NCBI GenBank assembly: GCA_009886115.1
Contig: VFJJ01000019.1
Coordinates: 1-63,306, forward strand
Source of the DNA: Actinomycetota bacterium
GTDB lineage: Bacteria; Actinomycetota; Acidimicrobiia; IMCC26256; VFJJ01
Direction: 5' to 3'
DNA: 63,306 nucleotides
Below, piece by piece: positions 31,254 through 41,073 of the stretch. The translations under genes and the position numbers were made by a program. Below the pieces are notes generated by a model, which saw nothing but the letters and a program-made list of their open reading frames with translations, had not been told where the DNA came from and made no database searches. Positions within the stretch are counted from its first letter, which is position 1, and every line of letters starts with the position of its first letter.

Positions 31254-31637
31254 TCAGGAAGCTGCGACGAGCGCGATCTCCATGCGCCATGCCGATTGGG
31301 CCAGGGCGGGGACCACGACCAGGGTCGACGAGGCCCGGTGCCCTCCGAGCGCCGAGTCGCGGGCGGCCATAACCGTCGTGAGGTCGTTGCCGGCCACGAC
31401 GTACGTGGTGATCGAGACGATGTCGGTCATGGCCATGGCGGCTTCCGCCACCAGCGCAGCGAGTGTCGCCCAGACCGTGGCCGCCTGCTCTGCCAGCGAC
31501 TCGGGCACCGTCCCGTCGGCTCGGACCGGCACGATGCCCGACGTGTGGAGGATCCTCGCCGGCTGCTCGCTCAGGACCGCGAGGGCGTACGCGGCCGCAG
31601 GAGCGGCGACACCGTCCGGTTGGAGGGCACGGTTCAT
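31254..31637 (-). CDS. RidA/YjgF family protein
   Basis: SG.VP...DG, EQA, ASTLVVV.ALA..AW..EI. Confidence 0.85.
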   Translation of the reverse strand: MNRALQPDGVAAPAAAYALAVLSEQPARILHTSGIVPVRADGTVPESLAEQAATVWATLAALVAEAAMAMTDIVSITTYVVAGNDLTTVMAARDSALGGHRASSTLVVVPALAQSAWRMEIALVAAS

Positions 31638-31762
31638 CCCCCGATCATGCCAGCTCCCGAATGCACGCCCGGTCCGCAGAGCGCCAACCCCTGCGAGCAC
31701 GGTCAGATGGACGTGGCACAGGACGTCGTTCTGAGCACTGCTCGATGGAGTTGGGGAGTGCG

Positions 31763-33295
31763 TCAGAGCACTGCGAAGTCGTGTCCGTCGACGGACACCG
31801 TGCGGCCACAAAGCTCAACGTGCGTCGCCTCCCCGGCCGAGACCGGGTCGTGGCACAGCGCGACCACCCGTTCGGTGGGCGAGACATCGATCACCGCGGC
31901 GATCGTCGCGGGTGTGAGGCCGTCGTACAACACCGTGTAGGTGGCCACCGTGCCCTCGCCGGCGTGCTCGCCGACGAGAGCTCGGACAGGTGTCGCGCCA
32001 GCAGCTTCGGCGGTGCAGTCGGCGAAGGCAAACCCGGGCTCGGCGTGCCGTCGATCAGTGCCGGCACTGGTCCCGGGCGAGAAAACAGCCGATCGTGCGC
32101 CTGATCCCGTCCCGAGGACGACGAATCCCTGCTTGGTGAGCATCCCGCTCACCGCGGTCACCAGCCCGTGCGCCCCGGGGCCGAGTGCCAAGAGCGCCTC
32201 GACCATCTTCACGGTGGCCTGCAGCACGAAGTTGTTGAGCGGCCCGCCGGCGAAGGTCATCCCGCCGGTGACGGTGAGCGCCCGGCTCCCGTCGTCGGGG
32301 AGGCCGAGGGCCCGGGCCTGTTGGCGAACCGCAGCGGGGAAGCAGCTGTAGATCTCGAAGAGGTCGACGTCTGCGAGTGAGAGACCCGCCAGTCCGAGCG
32401 CCCGTTGCCCGGCGATCTCGACCGCCGGGCAACGCCAGAGCTCGCCGCGGGCCGAGACCGGCACCATCTGGTTGGCCTCGGTCCCGGCTTTCACCCACAC
32501 CGCCGAACCCAGGTCGACACCAGCGTCACGAGCAGCCGCCAGCGAGCACAGCACCACCGCAGCCGCCTGATCGACGTTCCACTGCGAGTTGTGCCACTTC
32601 TGGTACGGGAAGGCCAGCGGACGGTTCTGCTGCGATGGCGTCGCGATCTCCAACGGCCCCATGGGCACGCGGTGCCACGCATCGGCGTTGCCCTGGGCCA
32701 CCAAGTTGAACGATGCCCACAACTGCGCGATCGAGGTGGCGTGCTCGGCGATCGCCTGGCCGTCGTGGGCCCGCATGGCGTTGTCGAGCATGGCGTAGTG
32801 CTGCACGGGCGCCACCAGGCCGCGGGCGATCTCGTACGGCGAGATGATGTCGGCGGCAGGCTCGAGTATCTCGTCGGGACGGGAATCGGGCTCGTCGGGG
32901 CCCTGTGCGGTCTCGGAGACGGCAACGCCGGTGATCGCCGATCGGAGCGCCCGGAAGCGGGCCTCGCCCCCGACGACCACGACCACCTCCGCCGTCCCGT
33001 CGGCGATGAGGGCCGCGGCCCGGTTCAGCAGGGTCGTCTGCAACACGCCGATCTCGCTGCGGACGGTCCGGGCCCGATCGGCGCCCACCCGGCGAGCCAC
33101 GAGCCGGCCGGCGTCGCGGTAGCCCCACATCCCGGTCGGGACCATGACGACATCGGCCCGACGCACCAAACTCGGGACCGACGCCGCGTCGACGGCCCGC
33201 GCCATGAGCTCGACGGCCTCGACGGCGGCCATCGGGTCGTCGAGACGCTGCATCACGGCGCCAGCGCCCCCGATGACGACACCCCGCTCGCTCAC
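31763..33295 (-). CDS. Thiolase-like acetyl-CoA acetyltransferase with C-terminal extension
   Basis: VVVGGEA, NR.LAFPY.K, VDQAAA, YSCFP and LTVTGG.TFAGGP.NN. Confidence 0.85.
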   Translation of the reverse strand: MSERGVVIGGAGAVMQRLDDPMAAVEAVELMARAVDAASVPSLVRRADVVMVPTGMWGYRDAGRLVARRVGADRARTVRSEIGVLQTTLLNRAAALIADGTAEVVVVVGGEARFRALRSAITGVAVSETAQGPDEPDSRPDEILEPAADIISPYEIARGLVAPVQHYAMLDNAMRAHDGQAIAEHATSIAQLWASFNLVAQGNADAWHRVPMGPLEIATPSQQNRPLAFPYQKWHNSQWNVDQAAAVVLCSLAAARDAGVDLGSAVWVKAGTEANQMVPVSARGELWRCPAVEIAGQRALGLAGLSLADVDLFEIYSCFPAAVRQQARALGLPDDGSRALTVTGGMTFAGGPLNNFVLQATVKMVEALLALGPGAHGLVTAVSGMLTKQGFVVLGTGSGARSAVFSPGTSAGTDRRHAEPGFAFADCTAEAAGATPVRALVGEHAGEGTVATYTVLYDGLTPATIAAVIDVSPTERVVALCHDPVSAGEATHVELCGRTVSVDGHDFAVL

Positions 33296-33417
33296 CCGGA
33301 CAGCGTAGGCCGATGACCGGCGCCCGGACGGGAGCTACGACCCCGGTGCGGCGGCGGGACGCCGACCCTCCGACCGACGCCGGCCCGCGTGCAGCCGTCA
33401 CCTGAACTCGGACCCGC

Positions 33418-33897
33418 TCACTCCCCGGTCAGGTCGACGTGATAGGCCTCGTACACGAAGTCGGCACCGAGATGGCGGTGGCGGTGCAGGCGGGCGAGCA
33501 GGGAGACGAGGTGCGCGCCCCGAACAGGGGCCGCGGCGAGGGCGGTCTCGAGCAAGGTCGCGATCTCGCGATGGTCGTCGCGGATGCGCTCGGCGGCGCG
33601 CACCATGCGGGGTGCGTGCTCCACGGTCTCGGCCAGCAGCCCGTCGGGAGCCTCCGTTGCGCACACGTGCTGGTCGAACACCGCTTGCAAGGTAACGATG
33701 CAGCCGTGGATCGCCAGGTCGATCGTCGCATCGGCCGGTGACGACATGAGCGACTCCTCCAAGGCGACGATCGCCCGGTGGAGGCGGTCTCGACGTTGGC
33801 GGATCTCGACGACGGTCGTGGTGTCGACGACGGTCGTGGTGTCGACGGCGGTCGTGGTGTCGACGGCGAACTCGGAGCGCAGCAGATCTGACGGCAT
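33418..33897 (-). CDS. Hemerythrin-like protein
   Basis: H...TE.PDGL, DH and HRH.GAD.VYEAY..D..GE pattern; N-terminal VDTTT(A/V) x3 arises from an 18-bp repeat (33806-33859). Confidence 0.65.
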   Translation of the reverse strand: MPSDLLRSEFAVDTTTAVDTTTVVDTTTVVEIRQRRDRLHRAIVALEESLMSSPADATIDLAIHGCIVTLQAVFDQHVCATEAPDGLLAETVEHAPRMVRAAERIRDDHREIATLLETALAAAPVRGAHLVSLLARLHRHRHLGADFVYEAYHVDLTGE

Positions 33898-34037
33898 GGG
33901 CCACTCCCGGTGAAGGCGTCCTGGCACCTTAGAACCATCGGTGAGACCGCGCAAGACCATCTTTCGCGCCGATGCGGTGGGCTTCGAGATGCGCTCGGCG
34001 TCGGTTGTGCGGGCACCGCGTGTGAAACTCCACACCA

Positions 34038-35339
34038 ATGTCCCGACTCGATCGGCGTTCAGGCACGTTCGCCGCGCTGGCCGTGGGCAACTACCGCTCG
34101 TACTTCTTCGGCGCGGCCGTTTCGCAGACCGGGTCGTGGATGCAGACGATCGCGCTGGGCTGGATGGTCGTGCGCCTCGGTGGCGGCGGTGTCGAGCTCG
34201 GGATCATGGCCGTCCTGCAGTTCAGCCCGGCTCTCGTCGGCGGCATGATCGGTGGCGTGATCGCCGACCGCTACGACCGGCGGCGGCTGCTCGTGGCGAC
34301 GCAGGCGGCTTTCGCCGGCGTCGCTGCGTCGCTGACGGTGCTCTCGGCCATGGGCGCCGCCCGCATGTGGAGCCTGGGGCTGTGTGCGTTCTGCGCGGGC
34401 TGCGTGATGACCGTCGACAACCCGACCCGCCACTCGCTGGCCATCGAGCTGGTCGGCCCGAAGCTGGTCGCCAACGCGCTGACGCTCAACAGCGTGGCGT
34501 TCAACGCAGCTCGGGTCGTGGGCCCGGCCATCGCCGGCGTGGTGATCGGAACCGTGGGCACGAGTTGGTGCTTCGGCATCAACGCCGTGTCGTTCGCAGC
34601 GGTGATCGTCCCACTGATGCGCGTCGATGTCACGAAGCTGTACCGACCCGAGCGAGCTGGCCCGGCCGGTACGGGGCGCATCCGCGACGGCCTCCGCTAC
34701 GCGCTCGAAACGCCCGAGGTTCGCGTCCCGCTGGTGATGATCGCCGTCGTCGGCACCCTGGCGTTCAACTGGAACGTGTCGGTCCTGCTACTCGCCCGGG
34801 CGCTCGACGGAGGGGCCGGGGCATACGGCGCGCTGATGACGGGCATGGGCGTCGGCGCAGTCACCGGTGGTCTCGTGGCGGCCGGGCGGGCGGCGTCCGA
34901 TCACCGCCGGTTGTGTCGAGCAGCCATCGCGCTCGGCGTGCTCCTGCTCGCCGCGTCATTGGCGCCCAACCTCCCCTTGGCCGTCGGGCTCCTCGCAGCG
35001 TCGGGCGTGGCCAACATCACGTTCGTCGCCACGGCCAACGCCCGCCTCCAGCTCGCGGCCCGTCCCGACATGCGCGGGCGGGTGATGGCCCTGTGGACCA
35101 TGGCCTTCGTCGGTTCCACGCCCATCGGCGGCATGCTGGCGGGCCTCGCCGGCGAGCTCATCGATCTCCGGGCCGGCCTGGCCATCGGCGGCATCGGCGC
35201 CGCCGCAGCCGGCATGGTCGCCCTGGCTGCCGACGCCAGCGACCGCCGAGATCGAGGCCCGGCGACCGATGACCGTCCCGTCAGGCTCAGGCCCGGACGA
35301 CGACGACGCGAGGTTGCACATCACGAACGAGAAGCGTGA
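34038..35339 (+). CDS. MFS transporter (MFS_3/H+ antiporter-like)
   Basis: SQTGSWMQ, GVIADRYDRRR, NAARVVGPA and MRGRVM. Confidence 0.88.
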   Translation: MSRLDRRSGTFAALAVGNYRSYFFGAAVSQTGSWMQTIALGWMVVRLGGGGVELGIMAVLQFSPALVGGMIGGVIADRYDRRRLLVATQAAFAGVAASLTVLSAMGAARMWSLGLCAFCAGCVMTVDNPTRHSLAIELVGPKLVANALTLNSVAFNAARVVGPAIAGVVIGTVGTSWCFGINAVSFAAVIVPLMRVDVTKLYRPERAGPAGTGRIRDGLRYALETPEVRVPLVMIAVVGTLAFNWNVSVLLLARALDGGAGAYGALMTGMGVGAVTGGLVAAGRAASDHRRLCRAAIALGVLLLAASLAPNLPLAVGLLAASGVANITFVATANARLQLAARPDMRGRVMALWTMAFVGSTPIGGMLAGLAGELIDLRAGLAIGGIGAAAAGMVALAADASDRRDRGPATDDRPVRLRPGRRRREVAHHEREA

Positions 35340-35673
35340 GATCATCCGGGTCGCTGGTGAGCACGACAGGGTTCGAGGAACGGGCGGCGAGCGCCGCAAC
35401 GACCGCATCGACCGCCGAGATCGAGGCGGCGCGACCGGTGGTTGAACGCAACGCTGCCGCATCCCGGGCGAGCTGTTCGGTCACCTCGCGGACCAGGCAC
35501 ATCCCCAGCATGTGGTTCGCATGGAAGTCACGGCGGTGGTCGCCTGTGAGCGCTTCGGTCAACACCACGGTCGGGACCTCCGGCGGCCACACCCCACGTC
35601 GTCGCAGCTCGCTCAGGCGGGCCCGATTCCCGGCCAGGGCGCTCACACCACCGCTGTCGAGGATCAGCGTCAT
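35287..35673 (-). CDS. PIN-domain (VapC-like) toxin
   Basis: LILDSG, VLTE, SAVDA.V and VLTSDPDDL acidic PIN residues. Confidence 0.85.
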   Translation of the reverse strand: MTLILDSGGVSALAGNRARLSELRRRGVWPPEVPTVVLTEALTGDHRRDFHANHMLGMCLVREVTEQLARDAAALRSTTGRAASISAVDAVVAALAARSSNPVVLTSDPDDLTLLVRDVQPRVVVVRA

Positions 35674-35936
35674 GCGCTGCGACGCCGACGTCGGGCGCTC
35701 GGCGGTTCTTTCGAAAGCACCTGCGAAACCCAGGTCGCTGCCGCGGCAGCCTCCTCGGCGGGAATCGGGCCGAGCTCGACCTCAAGCTCCGCGAGATACG
35801 TGTCGAGCGCGGAAACCTTGCCCAGCCGATCGAGCTCGTCGACGAGGGCCCCGGTCGCCACGCGCGACACGTTCAGGCCCTCCGCACGCGCCCGGGCGAT
35901 GACATCGTCAGGTACCGAGATGTTGACTCGCGCCAT
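35670..35936 (-). CDS. Ribbon-helix-helix antitoxin (CcdA/VapB-like)
   Basis: MARVNISVPDD...ARA.GLNVS; ATGA overlap with the PIN gene. Confidence 0.8.
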   Translation of the reverse strand: MARVNISVPDDVIARARAEGLNVSRVATGALVDELDRLGKVSALDTYLAELEVELGPIPAEEAAAAATWVSQVLSKEPPSARRRRRSA

Positions 35937-36205
35937 ACGCACAGAATACACATCGGTCACTCGCGGGGAGCCGAGTTCTCCCCTGCCGTCTCCGGCATCG
36001 GGCAAGCGCAACGATCACGGAGGTGGTCCCGCCTGGGTTTTCTGCGACGACCCTGGCGCACGTTGCATGCCTGCGCCACGTCTGACGCGTCGGTGGCCCG
36101 ACCGAGGCTTTGGTCAGGCGACGACAGTGACAGCTGCGGGCAGGGTGGTCCCGGGGAGCGACGGCTCGAAACCGGGTCACGACACCACGGAGCGACACGG
36201 AGCCG

Positions 36206-37432
36206 CTACAGGATCGCGCCGCTGATCTTGTGCTCGATGATCTCGTCCATCGACAGGCCCAGCTCGGTGAGCACCTCATCGGTGTGCTCGCCGTGGCCGG
36301 GGGCGGGCCGGAGCGAGGACGGCGTCTCGTCGAACTGCACGGGGTTGGCGACCAGCCCGAGCGGCTTCGAAGCACCGGGGAGCTCGACGGGCAGCACGTA
36401 GCCGTTCGCCGCGACCTGCGGATCGTCGTGCACGTCGAGCGGCGTCTGGTACACCGCCCACACGCCCTTCACCGTCTCGAGGGCCTCACGCCACTGGGCC
36501 ACGGTCCGCTGCCCGAACACCTCGTCGAGCGTCTCGACACAGGCCCTGGCGTTCTCAGCCCGGGCCCGCGAGTCGACGAAGCGCGGATCGTCGATCAGCT
36601 CGGGACGGCCGATGTGCTGGCACAGGTCACCCCAGAAACGGTCGGATTCGAGCATCACCAGGCTGATGAAACGGCCGTCCTGGGTGCGGTACGTGTTGAC
36701 GATCGGGTTGGGCATGTCGCGCCGGTCGCGACCGCCACCGGCGGGCATGTCGAAGAGCTTGGCGGCCACGATGAACGGCGACATCGCCCACATCGCCGTG
36801 CCCAGCAAGGAGATGTCGACGATCTTGGCCTCGCCGGTGCGCTCACGGTGGAAGAGCGCCGCGGCGATCCCCCCGGCGATCGTCTGCGCCCCTTGGAGAT
36901 CGCCGAACGCCGGAGTCTGCATGATCGGCCACTCGCGGTCGCCCGGCGTCAGCTGCACGCCTGCCGTGCCCCGGGCCCAGTACGAGGCGCCGTCGTAGCC
37001 GCCCTTGCTTGCGTCGGGGCCACGGATGCCCTGGCCGGTCCCGCGGGCGTAGATGATCTTGGGGTTGCGGGCCCGGATGTGCTCGACGTCGATCTTGAGG
37101 CGGGAGCGGGGGCCGGGCAGGAAGTTCGTGAGGAACACGTCGGCCGTCTCGACGAGGCGGTACAGGAGCTCGCGACCGGCGTCGGTGCCCATGTCGATCC
37201 CCACGGAGCGCTTGCCCCGGTTGGGTTGCTCGATCATGAAGTTGGGTATGTCGGCGCCGCCGGGGACCAGCCCCGAGGTGATCAGACCCCGCTGTGGATC
37301 GCCGCTCTCGGGGTGCTCGATCTTGAGCACGTCGGCTCCCCAGTCGGCGAGCACGGCGCCGGCTGCTGGCACGAACGTCCACGACGCCACCTCGACCACC
37401 CGGATACCGCTCATCACGTCGCGCATCGTCAA
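36206..37432 (-). CDS. Class III CoA-transferase (CaiB/BaiF)
   Basis: GIRVVE, LADWGADV.KIE, NRGKRS, GYD and GEHTDEVL. Confidence 0.93.
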   Translation of the reverse strand: MTMRDVMSGIRVVEVASWTFVPAAGAVLADWGADVLKIEHPESGDPQRGLITSGLVPGGADIPNFMIEQPNRGKRSVGIDMGTDAGRELLYRLVETADVFLTNFLPGPRSRLKIDVEHIRARNPKIIYARGTGQGIRGPDASKGGYDGASYWARGTAGVQLTPGDREWPIMQTPAFGDLQGAQTIAGGIAAALFHRERTGEAKIVDISLLGTAMWAMSPFIVAAKLFDMPAGGGRDRRDMPNPIVNTYRTQDGRFISLVMLESDRFWGDLCQHIGRPELIDDPRFVDSRARAENARACVETLDEVFGQRTVAQWREALETVKGVWAVYQTPLDVHDDPQVAANGYVLPVELPGASKPLGLVANPVQFDETPSSLRPAPGHGEHTDEVLTELGLSMDEIIEHKISGAIL

Positions 37433-37491
37433 CTCCTCGTCGGGCCGGCTCAGGCGTCAACGTAGGCGATCACGCATGCCGTCGTCATGGA

Positions 37492-38742
37492 TCAACCCGA
37501 TCCCGTGCCCGCGCGCAGATGGTCGTGGCGGCTCATCGGCAGCAGGTAGAACCACAGCGGATGGGGCGCGCCGCCGGCCTTCATGGCGGTCTGCGCGCGC
37601 TTCATGACCCGGCCGGCCTCGGTCTGGTCGACGTACCAGCCCTCGGTCTGACGGGCTGCGGGCACGTGAGCGACGAGTGACAGCGCAGCCTCCTCGTAGA
37701 ACGCCCTGATGTCGGCGGCACACGAGATCGGATCACCCGGGATCGCCGCCTCCTTCCACGCCAGCCCGTCGGCCACGGCAGCGAACCTCCCGAGCGCGTC
37801 GGGGACCTGCTCGGCCGTGAGCACCTTGCCCAGCGACGTGCGACCGGTGCGCTCGAAGGTCCGCCGATACGCGGCCAGCAGTCCTCGGGCCTCGTCGACC
37901 GCCGCTGGCACCCCGGCATCGAAGCGAGGCGGGAGCGGGCACGACAGGGCCTCGTCGGCCTCGGCGACGATGATGTCGGGGAAGTGAGCGAGCACCGGGA
38001 TCTCGTCGGCCGGGGTGGCCAACAGCGCGAACGCCGCCGCCAGCACGCCGTGCTGGTACTCGGGATCAAGGGGACGGCCCAGCGGGCGGCCCAGCGGGAA
38101 CTCGCAGTAGAGCGCTCGCGGGGCCCGCATACGTCGGGCCTGACCGAGCACCGATGCCAACGCCACCGTCGCGATCCCGGCGGCCTCGAAGATCTGTGCG
38201 AGCACACCCACGGTGCGCGTGCACAGCGGTCAGACGGGGGTGAGCAGGACGACGTCGACCTCGTCGTCGATGAGCAGCTGCGCGGCGGCCGGGCCGGTGT
38301 CGAGGCGCATGGTCGAGAGCTCGTGATCGAGTTGGGCGCCCATGAACGAGATGTGCCGCGGAGCCACCGAGCCGATCACGCCGCGACCCGCCAGCTCATG
38401 GAGACGATCGATCGGGAACACCACGTTGGCGTCGGCCATGAAGCCGCTGCGATCGAAGTTGGGCGACATGTGGCCCAGGCCCAAGCCCGACATGTGGCCC
38501 AAGCCCGAGCCCGAGCCGCCGTCGATGGTCGTGGGGAGCGGGTCGGCGATCACGGTGAACGACTGATCGCCGGCCATCCAGCGCAGCGAGCCGTCGGTAC
38601 GGAGCCCGGCCGTGGTGACGATCGCCACGCGGGCCTCGGCCAAGGGCTTCGGCGCGGTGTACGCCACCGTCGGGAACTCGTAGACGGCGAGACCGTCGAC
38701 CGCCGCTCGAACCTTTGCGTCGCCACCGTGATCGTCGCCCAT
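37492..38742 (-). CDS. Putative selenoprotein, PrdB/GrdB (selenoprotein B) family with C-terminal extension, 416 aa, Sec at codon 171
   Basis: ORFs 38230..38742 and 37492..38211 are in frame and separated only by TGA plus 6 codons: DVVLLTPV-TGA-PLCTRTVG..Q..EAAGIATV...PRAL...FPLG.PLG. N-terminal half has RVAIVTTAG, D.NVVFPIDRL and G.IGSVA..H.SFMG. Confidence 0.8.
38194..38232 (-). promoter_or_regulatory. Candidate bacterial SECIS element 3' of the in-frame UGA
   Basis: UGA-CCG-CUGUGC-AC-GCGCACC-GUG-GGUGUGC-UC-GCACAG: two stems, a 2x2 internal loop and a G-initiated apical loop 18 nt after the UGA. Confidence 0.65.
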
Positions 38743-40112
38743 GGGGCCTCCCCGCCGAGGGTCGAGGCTATCGCTCGCGGGCCTGAGAGAATGGGGTCGT
38801 GACATGCCGGCGCTGGTGCCATCCCGAGTGCTGATTCCCGCGCTGGCTCCCGTCTCCACACGGGCCCCGAGCCGGACATGATCGTCCCCCGGTCGTTTCG
38901 CGTGCTGCGCCACCGGGACTTCGCGCTCGTCCAGGTGGGCAACGCCGTGTCGAACCTGGGGACGTGGATGCAGTACGTGGGTCTGGGCTGGGCGACCCGC
39001 GAGCTCACCGACTCGACGCTCGTGCTCGGTCTGGCCTTTGCGTCGCAGTTCACCCCGTTCCTGTTCGTGACCCCCATCGCCGGCGTCGTCGCCGATCGGT
39101 ACGACCGGCGCCGCGTCGTCCTCGCCATGAACCTCTTCATGGCCGTCCCCCCGATCGTGATCGGGCTCATGGTCGCCCGTGGGACGATCACCGTGGCCTG
39201 GCTGCTCGTGCTCAGCCTGATCCTGGGGACGGCCAACGCCATGGCCGCCCCGGCCTCGCAGGCGGTGGTGCCCGCGCTGGTCCCGGCGGCGGAGCTTCCG
39301 CAGGCGGTCGGGTTCCAGACGACGGCCATGAACCTGGCTCGCATCGCCGGACCCTCGGTCGGAGGGGTGGCGATCGGAGCGTGGGGCCTCGACTGGGCCT
39401 TCTACCTCAACGGGCTCAGCTTCCTGGCCGTCGTGGTGGCCTGGGCCGCTGTACGTCCCGAGGGGACGCGCGCCACGGGCGTCGCCGCGGAACCCTTCCT
39501 CTCCAGCCTCCGCCGGGGCGCGGCCTACGCCCGCAGCGAGACGGTGATCCGCCGGCTGGTGATGCTGTCCGGCGTGCTGGCGCTGTTTCCATACCATGCG
39601 GCGCTGATGCCGGTGATCGCTCGGGACGTGCTCGACGGGGGCGTCTCGGCGTACGGCATGCTGTCGTCGGCCACCGGTTTCGGTGCCGTCGTCGGGGCCT
39701 TCATCGCCACCGAGATCAACACCGATCGTCAGCGACGGTTGACGATCACCAACGGCGCCATGGCCGCTGGCCTGGCCATCGTGGCCTTGTCGTTCTCGCG
39801 CAACCTCACGCTCTCGGTGTGTTGCCTCGCGGTGTTCGGGCTGGGATTCTTCTCGTTCATGGCCCCGTCGACGACGGTGATCATGATGATGACGCCTGAC
39901 GGGTACCGCGGTCGCGTCCTGGGCCTGTTCACGATGGTCAACACCGGCGGCGTACCGATCGCAGCCGTGACCGGTGGCCTGCTCAGCGCCTGGCTCGGCC
40001 CGACGACGACCGTGCTGATCGGAGGGACCGCCATGGCGTCCTTCGCGATCTGGTTCGCCGCCTCCCGGTCACTCCGGCTGCTCGGAGCGCCAAGCCCGCC
40101 GGGCGAGGCCGA

Positions 40113-41066
<954 letters not shown>

Positions 41067-41073
41067 GGTCGTC

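Noticed and set aside
38743..39597. N-terminal part of ORF 38230..39597
   Set aside because: Antisense to the MFS gene; the PrdB-like region starts at ATG 38742 after a GAGG RBS.
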